In this document: positions 36,117 through 45,889 of the stretch, in pieces
Layout: each line of letters opens with the position of its first letter
How positions within the stretch are numbered: position 1 is the first letter of the stretch
Assembly (NCBI GenBank): GCA_963700155.1
Contig: OY969472.1
Coordinates: forward strand, 680,690 to 744,689
Origin: an uncultured bacterium
GTDB lineage: Bacteria > Patescibacteriota > Dojkabacteria > J137
Direction: 5' to 3'
Length of the DNA stretch: 64,000 bases
The notes under the pieces: model-generated
Databases searched by the model: none
What the model was told of the DNA's origin: nothing
The model's input: the letters and a program-made list of their open reading frames with translations, nothing else
Translations under genes and position numbers: made by a program

Positions 36117-36584
36117 ATGTCAAAATCAAGATCACTAAATAAAGTAATGTTGATTGGTAACTTAACAAGAAATCCTGTATTAAGAGAAACTGCAGGTGGA
36201 GTTATGGTTTGTACTTTTGGTTTAGCAACAAATACAAGCTGGAAAGATAAGAGTGGCGAATTTAGGGAAAAAGCTGAGTATCATAACTTAATAGCATTTA
36301 ATAAGTTAGGAGAGATTTGTGCTCAGGTTTTAGCTGTTGGAATGCTTGTATATGTAGAAGGTGAGATAAGAAATAGGGTAACAGAAGGAGATGATGGTAA
36401 GAAATATTATAAAACAGAGATCAAATTAAATGATATGTTTGTAATGGATAGTAAAGGTAAAAGAGGAGTAGGTATTGAAGCTGCAATGGAAGGAAATAAT
36501 TTTAGAGATGAGAAAGGAACTCCAGATGAAAAAGAACATAATGATTCGACAGAAGATGAGTTAAAGAGTGAAGATTTATTTTAA
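36117..36584 (+). CDS. ssb: Single-stranded DNA-binding protein
   Basis: LNKVMLIGNLTRNP, VYVEG, acidic tail ending EDLF. Confidence 0.96.
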   Translation: MSKSRSLNKVMLIGNLTRNPVLRETAGGVMVCTFGLATNTSWKDKSGEFREKAEYHNLIAFNKLGEICAQVLAVGMLVYVEGEIRNRVTEGDDGKKYYKTEIKLNDMFVMDSKGKRGVGIEAAMEGNNFRDEKGTPDEKEHNDSTEDELKSEDLF

Positions 36585-36607
36585 TTAAATAGTTTAAATA
36601 ATATTAT

Positions 36608-36859
36608 ATGGCAATGTTTTCAAAGAAAAAAAAGAAATTAAGGACACAACCACAAATAAATTTAAAGTGTCCTTTTAATAATGATCCAACAAGGATTGAT
36701 TATAAAGATATTCAAACTTTAAAAAAGTATATAACAACAAGAGGCAGAATTCTTCCAACTTCTAAAACCGGTGTTTCTGCAAAATGTCAGAGAAAATTAG
36801 CTTTGTCAATAAAGAGAGCTAGATATATGGCGCTTTTGCCATTTACACAATATGTCTAA
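36608..36859 (+). CDS. rpsR: 30S ribosomal protein S18
   Basis: [29 protein letters not shown]. Confidence 0.96.
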   Translation: MAMFSKKKKKLRTQPQINLKCPFNNDPTRIDYKDIQTLKKYITTRGRILPTSKTGVSAKCQRKLALSIKRARYMALLPFTQYV

Positions 36860-36923
36860 AGTATTAAACTTGTAAGATTGTAATCTTATAACTTAAGATT
36901 CATTTTTATTGCAGTTTTACTGT

Positions 36924-38159
36924 ATGAATAATAATCAGAAAATAGATAGGAATGCTATTCCTTTCATAATATTAATAGTATTGATTCTTGGAATTCTTCT
37001 AGGCTATCTGGCTACCTCAATAATAAATGGGGCAAAAGCGCTGAATAGTACCTCTGATACAACATTATCTACTGATTCTTTTTATGATCAGAAATATTTA
37101 GCTAACATATACAACATTTTGAATCAGTCTTATTTAGGGACTATCCCGGATAATACAAAAGTTACAGAAGGGCTTGTTAAGGGATTAATTAGCAGTTTAG
37201 ATGATCAATACACTGTATATCTTACCCCAGAAGAAGCTGCAGAATATAATAAATCTAAAGATCCTGATTTTGAAGGGATTGGAGTTTCATTAAAATATGA
37301 CGGAAGCAATACTGAAGTTGAGACTGTTTTAGATGATAATCCAGCACAAAAAGCAGGTTTAAAAGTTGGAGATGTTATTGCTGAAGTTGATGGAGTAAGT
37401 GTTCTAGGTGATTATCCAACACTAGTAGCTGGAAAAATAAGAGGAGAAAAAGATACTACAGTAAGTATAAAATTATATAGAAAAGAAAGTAATGGTGAGA
37501 ATAAGCTAATTCAATTCAATATAAAAAGAGACACAATAAATATTGATAATATTAATTATGAAGATTTAGGAAACGGTATTTTCAAAATTAATATAAAGCA
37601 GTTTACTGATAGATCAGCAGAAGCATTTAATGTCAGTTGGGATAAGGTTGTTAAAGAAGTTATTGCAAAAAATCCTTCTCCAAAAGGAATAATAGTTGAT
37701 TTAAGGAATAATCCTGGAGGATATGTTTATAGCTTAAGATTTGTACTTGAAGATTTCTTTAAGAACGGAGTCACTTTGATGTCGGAAGAGAAGAAAAATA
37801 CTGATACTACAGTTTATAAAGATGAAAGGATTGGTAGATTTGAAGATACTCCAATTGTGGTTTTAGTAAATGAAGGAAGTGCTTCTGCTTCAGAGATATT
37901 TGCTTCTGCAGTTCAGGATAATAAAAGAGGTGAAATTGTTGGTGAAAAAACAGTTGGAAAAGGAGTTGAACAAACATTAGTTAATCTAGATGATAATTCA
38001 CTTCTGATAATGGTTTTCCAGAAATGGCTGAGACCTAATGGTAATCAAATAAATAAAGATAATCCGATAACACCTGACTATATTGTTGATTATACTGATT
38101 CTGATGTAAAGAAGGGAGTGGATCCTCAGTTGAATAAAGCTTTAGAACTGCTTAAATAA
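36924..38159 (+). CDS. ctpA: Carboxy-terminal processing protease (S41, PDZ)
   Basis: FEGIG, PAQKAGL, DLRNNPGG, SASASEIF, GEKTVGKG; N-terminal TM. Confidence 0.92.
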   Translation: MNNNQKIDRNAIPFIILIVLILGILLGYLATSIINGAKALNSTSDTTLSTDSFYDQKYLANIYNILNQSYLGTIPDNTKVTEGLVKGLISSLDDQYTVYLTPEEAAEYNKSKDPDFEGIGVSLKYDGSNTEVETVLDDNPAQKAGLKVGDVIAEVDGVSVLGDYPTLVAGKIRGEKDTTVSIKLYRKESNGENKLIQFNIKRDTINIDNINYEDLGNGIFKINIKQFTDRSAEAFNVSWDKVVKEVIAKNPSPKGIIVDLRNNPGGYVYSLRFVLEDFFKNGVTLMSEEKKNTDTTVYKDERIGRFEDTPIVVLVNEGSASASEIFASAVQDNKRGEIVGEKTVGKGVEQTLVNLDDNSLLIMVFQKWLRPNGNQINKDNPITPDYIVDYTDSDVKKGVDPQLNKALELLK

Positions 38160-39248
38160 TTATTCTTTCCTAAGCTCTAAAGATACTTCGTTAATAATTT
38201 CGTCTAAATTACCATCCATTACTTCTGCAATGTTAAACCAACTTTTATTAATTCGATGATCTGTAATTCTTCCTTGCGGAAAATTATAAGTTCTAATTTT
38301 AGATGATCTGTCACCTCCTTTTATAGATTCTTCACGAAGATTTTGTACATTGCTTGAATTTTTTTCATCTTCAATCTGTTGCAGCTTACTTGCTAGAATG
38401 CTTAAAGCAACTTCTTTATTTTTGATTTGTGACTTTGTATTTTGACATGCAACTGTAATACCCGTTGGAAGATGAGTAACTCTTACAGCTGAATCAGTTG
38501 TATTTACTGATTGACCTCCAGGTCCACTTGAGCGGTAAACATCAATTCTAATATCATCTGGATTAATTTTAAAATCAGCTTTTTCTACCTTAGGCATGAC
38601 AACGAGTGAAGCTGTAGATGTGTGAATTCTGCCGGAAGCTTCTGTACTTGGAACTCGTTGAACTCTGTGAACCCCACTCTCAAATCTAAAGACGCTGTAA
38701 GCTTCCGGCTCGTCAACAAGCATTACAACTTCGTTAATTCCACCTTCAGCATTATAGTCAATAGAATAAATTTCAGTTTTGTAACCCTTCAAGACACAGT
38801 ACTTAGAATATGCCCTAAAAAGCTCCTCAGCGAACAGTGAAGCCTCAATTCCGCCAACTCCGGGTCTGAACTCTAAAATTGCTTTTTTATTATCATTAGG
38901 CAGAATTTTTTTAGTTAAAAATTCTGCCTCTTTAATATCTTTTAATATTTGTGATTCAAGTGTGTTAATTTCTTCTTCAGCAAGTTCTTTCATATCTTCA
39001 TTTTGAAGTAGTTTTTTTGTAGAATTTAATTCCTCTAGATTTTTGGATAGAGCAGTAATGATCTCTTTCAATTTCAAAGCTTTGTTATATTCTTTTAATT
39101 TTTGGATATATTCATCACTCTGGTAACCTTTGTTAGAAGATATCTTTTCTGATTCTTTTAAAAGTGAAGATACTTGTGATTCTAAATCTTGTAGATTAAA
39201 TCTGCCTAAAATTTCGACAGCTAACGAAGAAATATCAGTAATGTTCAT
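38160..39248 (-). CDS. prfA: Peptide chain release factor 1
   Basis: ESGVHRVQRVPSTE (PxT), GGQ, RTYNFPQGRITDHR; adjacent to rpmE. Confidence 0.93.
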   Translation of the reverse strand: MNITDISSLAVEILGRFNLQDLESQVSSLLKESEKISSNKGYQSDEYIQKLKEYNKALKLKEIITALSKNLEELNSTKKLLQNEDMKELAEEEINTLESQILKDIKEAEFLTKKILPNDNKKAILEFRPGVGGIEASLFAEELFRAYSKYCVLKGYKTEIYSIDYNAEGGINEVVMLVDEPEAYSVFRFESGVHRVQRVPSTEASGRIHTSTASLVVMPKVEKADFKINPDDIRIDVYRSSGPGGQSVNTTDSAVRVTHLPTGITVACQNTKSQIKNKEVALSILASKLQQIEDEKNSSNVQNLREESIKGGDRSSKIRTYNFPQGRITDHRINKSWFNIAEVMDGNLDEIINEVSLELRKE

Positions 39249-39252
39249 ATGA

Positions 39253-39570
39253 TTACTTTACCTGGCTAAGCATATCCTTTAGAGTTAGAGGTTTGTTTTG
39301 ACTAGCAGCCTTAAGTTTTCTAGCTTCTCGTTTTTCTTTTTTATTCTTTATTACTTTAGTATTAGTTTCTGCAGCAGTTCTTTTCTTATTGAATTTGTCT
39401 ACTAAGTTATCAGTATCAACTAAAGTTTCTTTCCCTGTATAAAAAGGATGACAATTAGAGCAAAGTTCAACTCTGATACCATCTACTGTAGAGCCTAGAA
39501 TATACTCTTTCTTGCAAGTACTGCAAACTATCACTGTTTTTTTGTATTCTGGGTGTATTCCTGTTTTCAT
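39253..39570 (-). CDS. rpmE: 50S ribosomal protein L31 (Zn-binding type, C-terminal extension)
   Basis: MKTGIHPEY, CSTC, CSNCHPFYTG. Confidence 0.95.
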   Translation of the reverse strand: MKTGIHPEYKKTVIVCSTCKKEYILGSTVDGIRVELCSNCHPFYTGKETLVDTDNLVDKFNKKRTAAETNTKVIKNKKEKREARKLKAASQNKPLTLKDMLSQVK

Positions 39571-39711
39571 AAATTTTATTAATTTAATTTCCTATTAATC
39601 GTGTTAGAATTATATCTGTTTCAAGCCAAATAGTAAAGAGCAAAGAAGTAGATATTTATTAATATCTAAGGGCTTTTTAACCAGAATTTTAATTATAATT
39701 TGTAATATTAC

Positions 39712-40257
39712 ATGAACATTAAGAAACTCTCAAAATCATCTATCTCAATAGAAAGTTCTTCAGAAGACGCAAAAATAGAATGCTTATTTTATAATGGAAC
39801 AATTGTTTCAAAATTAAAATTGCCTTCAAGAGTAATAGAAATTAGTAAACCAGGGGATTATGAATACAATCATATAGGCTTCACAGGATTTGAAGTAACA
39901 AATGATGGATATAAAGGGATTATTAACTTGTGTAAAATTATTATGGAAGAGATTAAGATAGCAATAGTTTTTAGTGATTTTGAAATAAATAAAGATGTTG
40001 CTTCAGAATTAGTAAATATTGATATTTTAATAACTCCTTACTTTTCCGGAAATAGATTGAAAGAACATATCTCTGACATTGATCCAAAATCTTTGATATT
40101 ATTAGAGAAATTTGAAAACTCAGTGGAATTTAATGTAGAAGATATTAAGAAAACTTTAGGGGTAGGGCAAGTTGTTGAAGCAACAAGTTATAAATTCAAA
40201 AGCAGTGACTTTCCTAGCTCTGATGAATATACTTTAACGAGTCATATTCTAAAATAA
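39712..40257 (+). CDS. Degenerate MBL-fold-like hypothetical protein
   Basis: ISKPGDYE, IDILITP, IDPK..I motifs reminiscent of MBL-fold proteins; no HxHxDH. Confidence 0.5.
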   Translation: MNIKKLSKSSISIESSSEDAKIECLFYNGTIVSKLKLPSRVIEISKPGDYEYNHIGFTGFEVTNDGYKGIINLCKIIMEEIKIAIVFSDFEINKDVASELVNIDILITPYFSGNRLKEHISDIDPKSLILLEKFENSVEFNVEDIKKTLGVGQVVEATSYKFKSSDFPSSDEYTLTSHILK

Positions 40258-40307
40258 CTAAATGATTTGCACTTACTTTTACTCGTACCTTTTTAAAATA
40301 ATTAAAA

Positions 40308-41633
40308 ATGGATAGAGTTCCGCCACACAATATAGAAGCAGAAAGAGCAGTAATTGGTTCAGTTCTGATTGATAATCAAGTTTTGAATAAAATCGCGGAT
40401 ATTCTTATACCCGAATGTTTTTATGATACAAGACATGCAATCTTATTTGAGAATATTTTAGAACTTTACAAAGAAAACAAGCCTGTTGATGTTCTTACTT
40501 TAACTTCAATCTTAAAAAAGCAAAATAAACTTAAGCAAACTGGAGGTTCAGCTTATCTTTCTGACATTATTTCTTCAGTTCCAACTTCAGCAAATGTTGA
40601 AGCTTACGCAAATATAGTAAAAGAATCATTTATTAGAAGAAAATTAATTTCATTTGGAGCTTTAGTAGATGAAACTGGTAGAAAAGAAGATGTTAAATTA
40701 GATGAAATTTTAAATGATGTTGAAAAAGAATTATTTTCTCTAACTGTAGACAATACGGCAAGAGATTTTTTTGATTCACAGACTCTTTTAGACTTGCAGA
40801 TGCGAAGGGCTGATGAATTTGCAAAAAATCCTAATGCACTAAGAGGTTTAGCAACTGGTTTAAAATCTGTTGACGATATTTTGGGCGGGCTGCACAAATC
40901 TGATTTGATTATTCTTGCAGCCCGCCCAAGTGTTGGTAAAAGTGCTTTCGCGTTTGATGTTGCTAGAAATATTGCTGTGAATGAAAAAAAGTCTATAGCA
41001 ATATTTTCGCTTGAAATGCCGGCGGTTCAGGTGATTGAAAGAATGCTTGCTCAGCAAATAGAAGTTGACCTATGGAATATTAGAATGGGGAAAATGTCAG
41101 ACAGTGATTATAAAAAATATGCGGAAGGGGCCGGAAGACTTGCAGAATCAAAAATATTTGTTGATGACACTGCTGGTATTAATATTATGCAGTTAAGAAG
41201 TAAGACAAGAAAGTTGATGATAGAGCATGGTTTGGATTTAGTAATTGTTGACTATCTACAGCTTATGCAAGGAACTTCAAAAACAGATAATCGAGCGCAG
41301 GAAATTGGAGAAATTTCAAGATCACTTAAAATTTTAGCGAGAGAATTAGATATTCCGATAGTAGCTTTATCTCAGTTAAACAGAGCAGTTGAGAATAGAG
41401 ATAATAAAATTCCACAACTTTCAGATTTAAGAGAATCGGGTTCAATAGAACAAGATGCTGATTTAGTTATGTTTCTAAGTAGAGAATTGATACTAGATGA
41501 AGGGGATAGTAATGCTATAAATGACCAAGTTATTAAAGTTGATCTTCATGTTGCAAAACATAGAAATGGACCTGTTGGGAAAGTTCATTTGAATTATATA
41601 GGGAAGCAGACAAAATTTAGAGATGCTGCGTAG
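40308..41633 (+). CDS. dnaB: Replicative DNA helicase DnaB
   Basis: PPHNIEAE, AARPSVGKS, VDYLQL, LSQLNR, LRESGSIEQDAD, KHRNGP. Confidence 0.97.
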   Translation: MDRVPPHNIEAERAVIGSVLIDNQVLNKIADILIPECFYDTRHAILFENILELYKENKPVDVLTLTSILKKQNKLKQTGGSAYLSDIISSVPTSANVEAYANIVKESFIRRKLISFGALVDETGRKEDVKLDEILNDVEKELFSLTVDNTARDFFDSQTLLDLQMRRADEFAKNPNALRGLATGLKSVDDILGGLHKSDLIILAARPSVGKSAFAFDVARNIAVNEKKSIAIFSLEMPAVQVIERMLAQQIEVDLWNIRMGKMSDSDYKKYAEGAGRLAESKIFVDDTAGINIMQLRSKTRKLMIEHGLDLVIVDYLQLMQGTSKTDNRAQEIGEISRSLKILARELDIPIVALSQLNRAVENRDNKIPQLSDLRESGSIEQDADLVMFLSRELILDEGDSNAINDQVIKVDLHVAKHRNGPVGKVHLNYIGKQTKFRDAA

Positions 41634-41690
41634 TGAAAAATTTCTTTCTTTATAATATAATACTGCCAACCGCAAATTGTATATTCATAA

Positions 41691-41774
41691 GTCGGAGTGG
41701 TGGAATTGGTAGACACGCCAGACTCAAAATCTGGTGCCAGCAATGGTGTGTGGGTTCAAGTCCCACCTCCGATA
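41691..41774 (+). tRNA. tRNA-Leu(CAA)
   Basis: GTCGGAG-TGGTGGAATTGGTAGACAC-G-CCAGA-CTCAAAA-TCTGG, variable arm, GTGGG-TTCAAGT-CCCAC-CTCCGAT-A. Confidence 0.94.
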
Positions 41775-41840
41775 TTTATTGTTACTAATGTAGTAAAAGA
41801 ATTGATTTTATTTTAAAATAGCATGAGTTAAAAATTTTAT

Positions 41841-42560
41841 ATGATAGATTTCTTAATCCAGCTTTTAGATTCTAATATTAACTTCCAATCTATTGGTATA
41901 TTTTTACTTCTGTATTGTTTCTCAATTTGGATCTTACTTTGTTTTTGGGTTTTTGTTGATGCAAAAAAGAGATACGAGAAAACTTTAACAGGAATAATTT
42001 TCTTTTTTATAGTTCTAGTATTTAATTTTCCAGGTTTGATTTTTTATTTAATAATTAGACCTGAGGGGAAGGAAGATAATTTTTTCTACCTACAGGGAAA
42101 TGATACTTTAACAGAAGCAGGAAGAATCCAAGAAGGTGTGAGTGTTCCTATTGTCAATTTCACAGATGAAAATGGGGAGGTAAATCTAACTTTCCAGCTT
42201 AAGTTTAATAAATCTGCTGAATCTGAAATGCAAGATAAAAATTTCCAGTTAGATATTGATTTACCAAAAGATAAAAGTATTGAAGTTATTCAACCGGTGG
42301 AACAGCCTATGGAAAAAGAAATAGTGCAAGTTATGGAAGAAAAGGTTGAACCTGAGAGAGTAGGATTTTTAAGTGTGTTATCTGGAACTTTTACTAAAAT
42401 TAAAAATTTACCAAAAAGAAGATCTAATAAAGTAGAACGTGTAAAAGAGAATACAGAAAGAGAAGAGACTAATAATATTAAATCTGCTAAATCTTCAAAA
42501 TCTGAAGAAAATACTTCCAAAAAACATAAAAAGAATAAGAGTAAAAAGAAAAGAAGATAA
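41841..42560 (+). CDS. Hypothetical membrane protein (two N-terminal TM helices, Lys-rich tail)
   Basis: WVFVDAKKR...GLIFYLIIRP TM hairpin; C-terminal KKHKKNKSKKKRR. Confidence 0.7.
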   Translation: MIDFLIQLLDSNINFQSIGIFLLLYCFSIWILLCFWVFVDAKKRYEKTLTGIIFFFIVLVFNFPGLIFYLIIRPEGKEDNFFYLQGNDTLTEAGRIQEGVSVPIVNFTDENGEVNLTFQLKFNKSAESEMQDKNFQLDIDLPKDKSIEVIQPVEQPMEKEIVQVMEEKVEPERVGFLSVLSGTFTKIKNLPKRRSNKVERVKENTEREETNNIKSAKSSKSEENTSKKHKKNKSKKKRR

Positions 42561-42673
42561 TTCCAAAAATTAACTAGTTAAAGTTTTCTTTTGTATGTAT
42601 TTTTAATTGTATTAAAATATAATGCAATTAATATGTAGAACAGGGTAAATGTAATATTTTAAAAAAAATATAG

Positions 42674-44029
42674 ATGCGCAAAAGTACAAAAGTTAAAAGA
42701 AAACTAATTGATACTGATAAGTTAGAATTTCTTGTAGCAAAAACTAAAGTAGGGAATACACTCCTTAGATATTTTAGGAGTAGAAAAGCAAACAATAAAA
42801 CTAAGTATAAATCGAATGGATTAAATATATTTGGACCGATAAGAAATTTTTTCTTTACAAGAAAAAATTTCTTCCAAAGAATAATACTAGCCGGAGTTAT
42901 TGTTGGAATAATAGGAATTGGATTTGCATTTATCAGACAATATAATTCAATAAATTTTCAGCCATTTTTAACAGATACGCAAGATAATTCAACCCTTGGA
43001 TATTTCGGTCCTGAATATAATGTTTTGTTAACAGGATTTAAAAAAGTCTCTAATAACAATTTTGCTCAGATGATACTGTTAGTTTCTTTAAATTCTCAAA
43101 CAGGGAATATGAAAGTACTTTCAGTAAATCCGCTTTTTATTACAACTTCTCCCATCTCAGGGAAAAAGTATACCTTAAAAACTTTAATAAATAATACTGG
43201 AAGTACTGATAAGATGTATGCATATTCAGAACAAGTTGAAACATTTCTTGGAGTTAGAATTGATAGATACATAGCTTTCGATATAAATGATTTGGAAACT
43301 TTGCTTTCGAATTGGGACTTTTCTATGCAATCAATTGACAGTTTTAATTCAACTGTAGGATTTTATGAGAAAGGTGCAACTTTAAAAAAATTGGCTTTAG
43401 GTGATTATCTTTTTAATCAGGATTCACAAAATTCGTACGATATGCTGATTAATAGACAGCTTTCGTTTTTTACTCAATTTGTTGAAGATAATAGAAGCAT
43501 AATTACCTATCTTAGAGCTTTCTGGTCAGCTGACAATTTAACAAAGATTTTTTACACGAATATGTCTAAAGAAGAGATGTCAGGATTTTTATCTGCCCTG
43601 ATGAGTTCGAATCTTCCTGCAAAGACTGGATTAATTAATACTACTTTAGGAGCGAAATCTTCTACCGGATCGGAAGAAGGTTTCGCTCCTAATTATTTTG
43701 AGTTTGATGGAGCAATAAAAGACGTTATGCTGAATATTGATATTGTAAGAGAACAAGCAAACTTAGAAATTTATAACGCAAGCAAAACTTCTGGTCTTGC
43801 TTCAAAGATTAAAAGGATTTTTCAGGATATTGGAATTAATGTTATAAATACGAATAATTATCCTGAAAAATCCTCAGGAATAAAGCTTTATGTTCCAAAT
43901 AAAGATCCTGAAAAGTTTCCTTCGACAATAAATGCAATCAGGTCTTATTTTAATGATAATATTGATATAATTATCGGCAATTATAAATATAACTATACTG
44001 GTGATTTAATTTTAGTCTTAGGAGAATAA
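42674..44029 (+). CDS. LCP (LytR-CpsA-Psr)-like protein with LytR C-terminal domain
   Basis: TM helix; NVLLTG...MILLVS...VLSV; LGVRIDRYI; RQ; EIYNASKTSGLA...DLILVLG. Confidence 0.75.
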   Translation: MRKSTKVKRKLIDTDKLEFLVAKTKVGNTLLRYFRSRKANNKTKYKSNGLNIFGPIRNFFFTRKNFFQRIILAGVIVGIIGIGFAFIRQYNSINFQPFLTDTQDNSTLGYFGPEYNVLLTGFKKVSNNNFAQMILLVSLNSQTGNMKVLSVNPLFITTSPISGKKYTLKTLINNTGSTDKMYAYSEQVETFLGVRIDRYIAFDINDLETLLSNWDFSMQSIDSFNSTVGFYEKGATLKKLALGDYLFNQDSQNSYDMLINRQLSFFTQFVEDNRSIITYLRAFWSADNLTKIFYTNMSKEEMSGFLSALMSSNLPAKTGLINTTLGAKSSTGSEEGFAPNYFEFDGAIKDVMLNIDIVREQANLEIYNASKTSGLASKIKRIFQDIGINVINTNNYPEKSSGIKLYVPNKDPEKFPSTINAIRSYFNDNIDIIIGNYKYNYTGDLILVLGE

Positions 44030-44031
44030 AA

Positions 44032-44781
44032 ATGTCTGGACACTCAAAGTGGAAAAATATACAACGAACAAAAGGAGCAAATGATCTTAAGAAAGCATCA
44101 GTTTTTACAAAAATTTCTAAAGATCTTGCTAATGCTGCCCAACTTGGAGGAGGATCTGACCCTAATAGTAATTTCTTATTAAGAGTTCCTCTTGAGAAAG
44201 CAAGAGCAGCTAATATGTCGAATGATAAAGTTGAGAATGCAATAAAAAGAGGACTAGGAGAACTTAAGGACGAAAAGATTCTGTATTCAAATACCTATGA
44301 AGCTTATGCCCCTGAAGGTACAGCTTTATTGATAGACTGCTCAACTGATAATCCTACAAGAACTATTGCTGAGCTTAAGAATATTATCTCAAAAAATAAT
44401 GGGAAATTTTTGAATGAAGGTTCTGTCTCATGGAAATTTAAAGAAGTAGGAAGAATAGTTTTTGAGCCTATAAATCAGGAAAATATTGAAGAGGATTATA
44501 TTATGAAGATTATTGATCAAGCGGCAGTTGAAGATATTGATATAATAGATGATGAAGATTCTAAGGTGGTTGTAATAGTAGTTAGGAAAGAAGATTTGAA
44601 AGCTGTAAATGATTTAGTGATAAGTCTTTTTGATGATTCAGTAAAAATTATTGAGACTGGAATTGTGAAAATCACAGATCAGTATAAAAATAAATGGAGT
44701 AGTGAATTAGAAGATTTTATTGATAAAATCGAAGAGCTACCTGAAGTAGATAATGTCTGGACAGATGCAGAAGAAGATTAG
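44032..44781 (+). CDS. yebC: YebC/PmpR family protein
   Basis: MSGHSKWKNI, TDNPTRT; upstream of ruvC. Confidence 0.95.
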   Translation: MSGHSKWKNIQRTKGANDLKKASVFTKISKDLANAAQLGGGSDPNSNFLLRVPLEKARAANMSNDKVENAIKRGLGELKDEKILYSNTYEAYAPEGTALLIDCSTDNPTRTIAELKNIISKNNGKFLNEGSVSWKFKEVGRIVFEPINQENIEEDYIMKIIDQAAVEDIDIIDDEDSKVVVIVVRKEDLKAVNDLVISLFDDSVKIIETGIVKITDQYKNKWSSELEDFIDKIEELPEVDNVWTDAEED

Positions 44782-44800
44782 ATTTTCAAAATAAATTTAA

Positions 44801-45316
44801 ATGAAAAATGTTAGAGTAATGGGAATTGATGTTGGATTTGCTATTAATGGCTGGTCAATTGTAGATAAAGATCCTTCATTTAAAAATGGTATGAATCTTG
44901 TGGATTATGGTGCAATTCTTACTGAAGCTAAAACTCCAATAGAAGATAGATTAGCAAAAGTTTATGAAGAGTTAAATGATTTAATAATAAGGTATACTCC
45001 TGATATGATGTCTGTCGAAAACCTTTTCTTTTTTAAGAATCAAAAGACGGTAATTAATGTAGGTCAAGTTAGGGGTATAATTTTACTAGCAGGTAAATTA
45101 AATAATGTTGATATTCATAGTTATACTCCCTTACAAGTTAAAACTGCAGTAACAGGATATGGAAGAGCAGATAAATCTCAGATTCAGAAAATGGTAAAAC
45201 TGATTTTTGGATTGAAAGAAATTCCAAAGCCTGATGATGCCGCAGATGCTATAGCTGCAGCAGTATGTGATATAAATAATATGAAAATATCTAATATGAA
45301 TGAATTCAAAATATGA
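44801..45316 (+). CDS. ruvC: Holliday junction resolvase RuvC
   Basis: GIDVG, VENLFF, YTPLQVKTAVTGYGRADK, DDAADA. Confidence 0.96.
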   Translation: MKNVRVMGIDVGFAINGWSIVDKDPSFKNGMNLVDYGAILTEAKTPIEDRLAKVYEELNDLIIRYTPDMMSVENLFFFKNQKTVINVGQVRGIILLAGKLNNVDIHSYTPLQVKTAVTGYGRADKSQIQKMVKLIFGLKEIPKPDDAADAIAAAVCDINNMKISNMNEFKI

Positions 45317-45888
45317 TTTCATATATAAAAGGTGAGATTCAATATGTAGATGATAACTCAGTAAGTGTTCTAGCTAATTCAATTGGTTGGAGTATTCATG
45401 TATTTATTCCTGAACAGTATTCAATAGGTCAAATTATAGAATTTTACGTCTATACTCATTTCAGAGAGTCAGAAATTTCATTATGGGGTTTTAAGACATC
45501 TGAGGAGTTAAAGTGCTTTAAAATGCTTATCAGCGTTTCAGGGGTTGGTCCGAGAACAGGTCAGACACTTGTTGGAGATAAGGGGGTAGATCAAGTATGT
45601 TATGCTATTGTTAATAACGATACTAATACTTTAAAAGTTCCAGGGGTTGGGTTAAAGACAGCGCAAAGAATAATTATTGAGTTGAAGAATAAGGTTAAGA
45701 ATATAAATTATAATGCGAATGGAGATTTGGGTCCTGATATAAATGAAGATAATTATTCAGATCTATATGATGCACTAACAACTTTAGGATACAAATATAA
45801 TGATATAAAATCTTTTGTTTCTAAATTAGAAAAAGAAACTGAATTAACTACAGAAGAGCTTATAAAAATGTTCTTACGGAGCAATTAA
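45313..45888 (+). CDS. ruvA: Holliday junction branch migration protein RuvA
   Basis: MISYIKG, LWGF, VSGVGP, VPGVGLKTAQRIIIEL. Confidence 0.95.
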   Translation: MISYIKGEIQYVDDNSVSVLANSIGWSIHVFIPEQYSIGQIIEFYVYTHFRESEISLWGFKTSEELKCFKMLISVSGVGPRTGQTLVGDKGVDQVCYAIVNNDTNTLKVPGVGLKTAQRIIIELKNKVKNINYNANGDLGPDINEDNYSDLYDALTTLGYKYNDIKSFVSKLEKETELTTEELIKMFLRSN

Positions 45889-45889
45889 T

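Noticed and set aside
38160-39248. RF2 with programmed frameshift
   Set aside because: Has the RF1 PxT motif (PST), not SPF, and is a single uninterrupted ORF next to rpmE.
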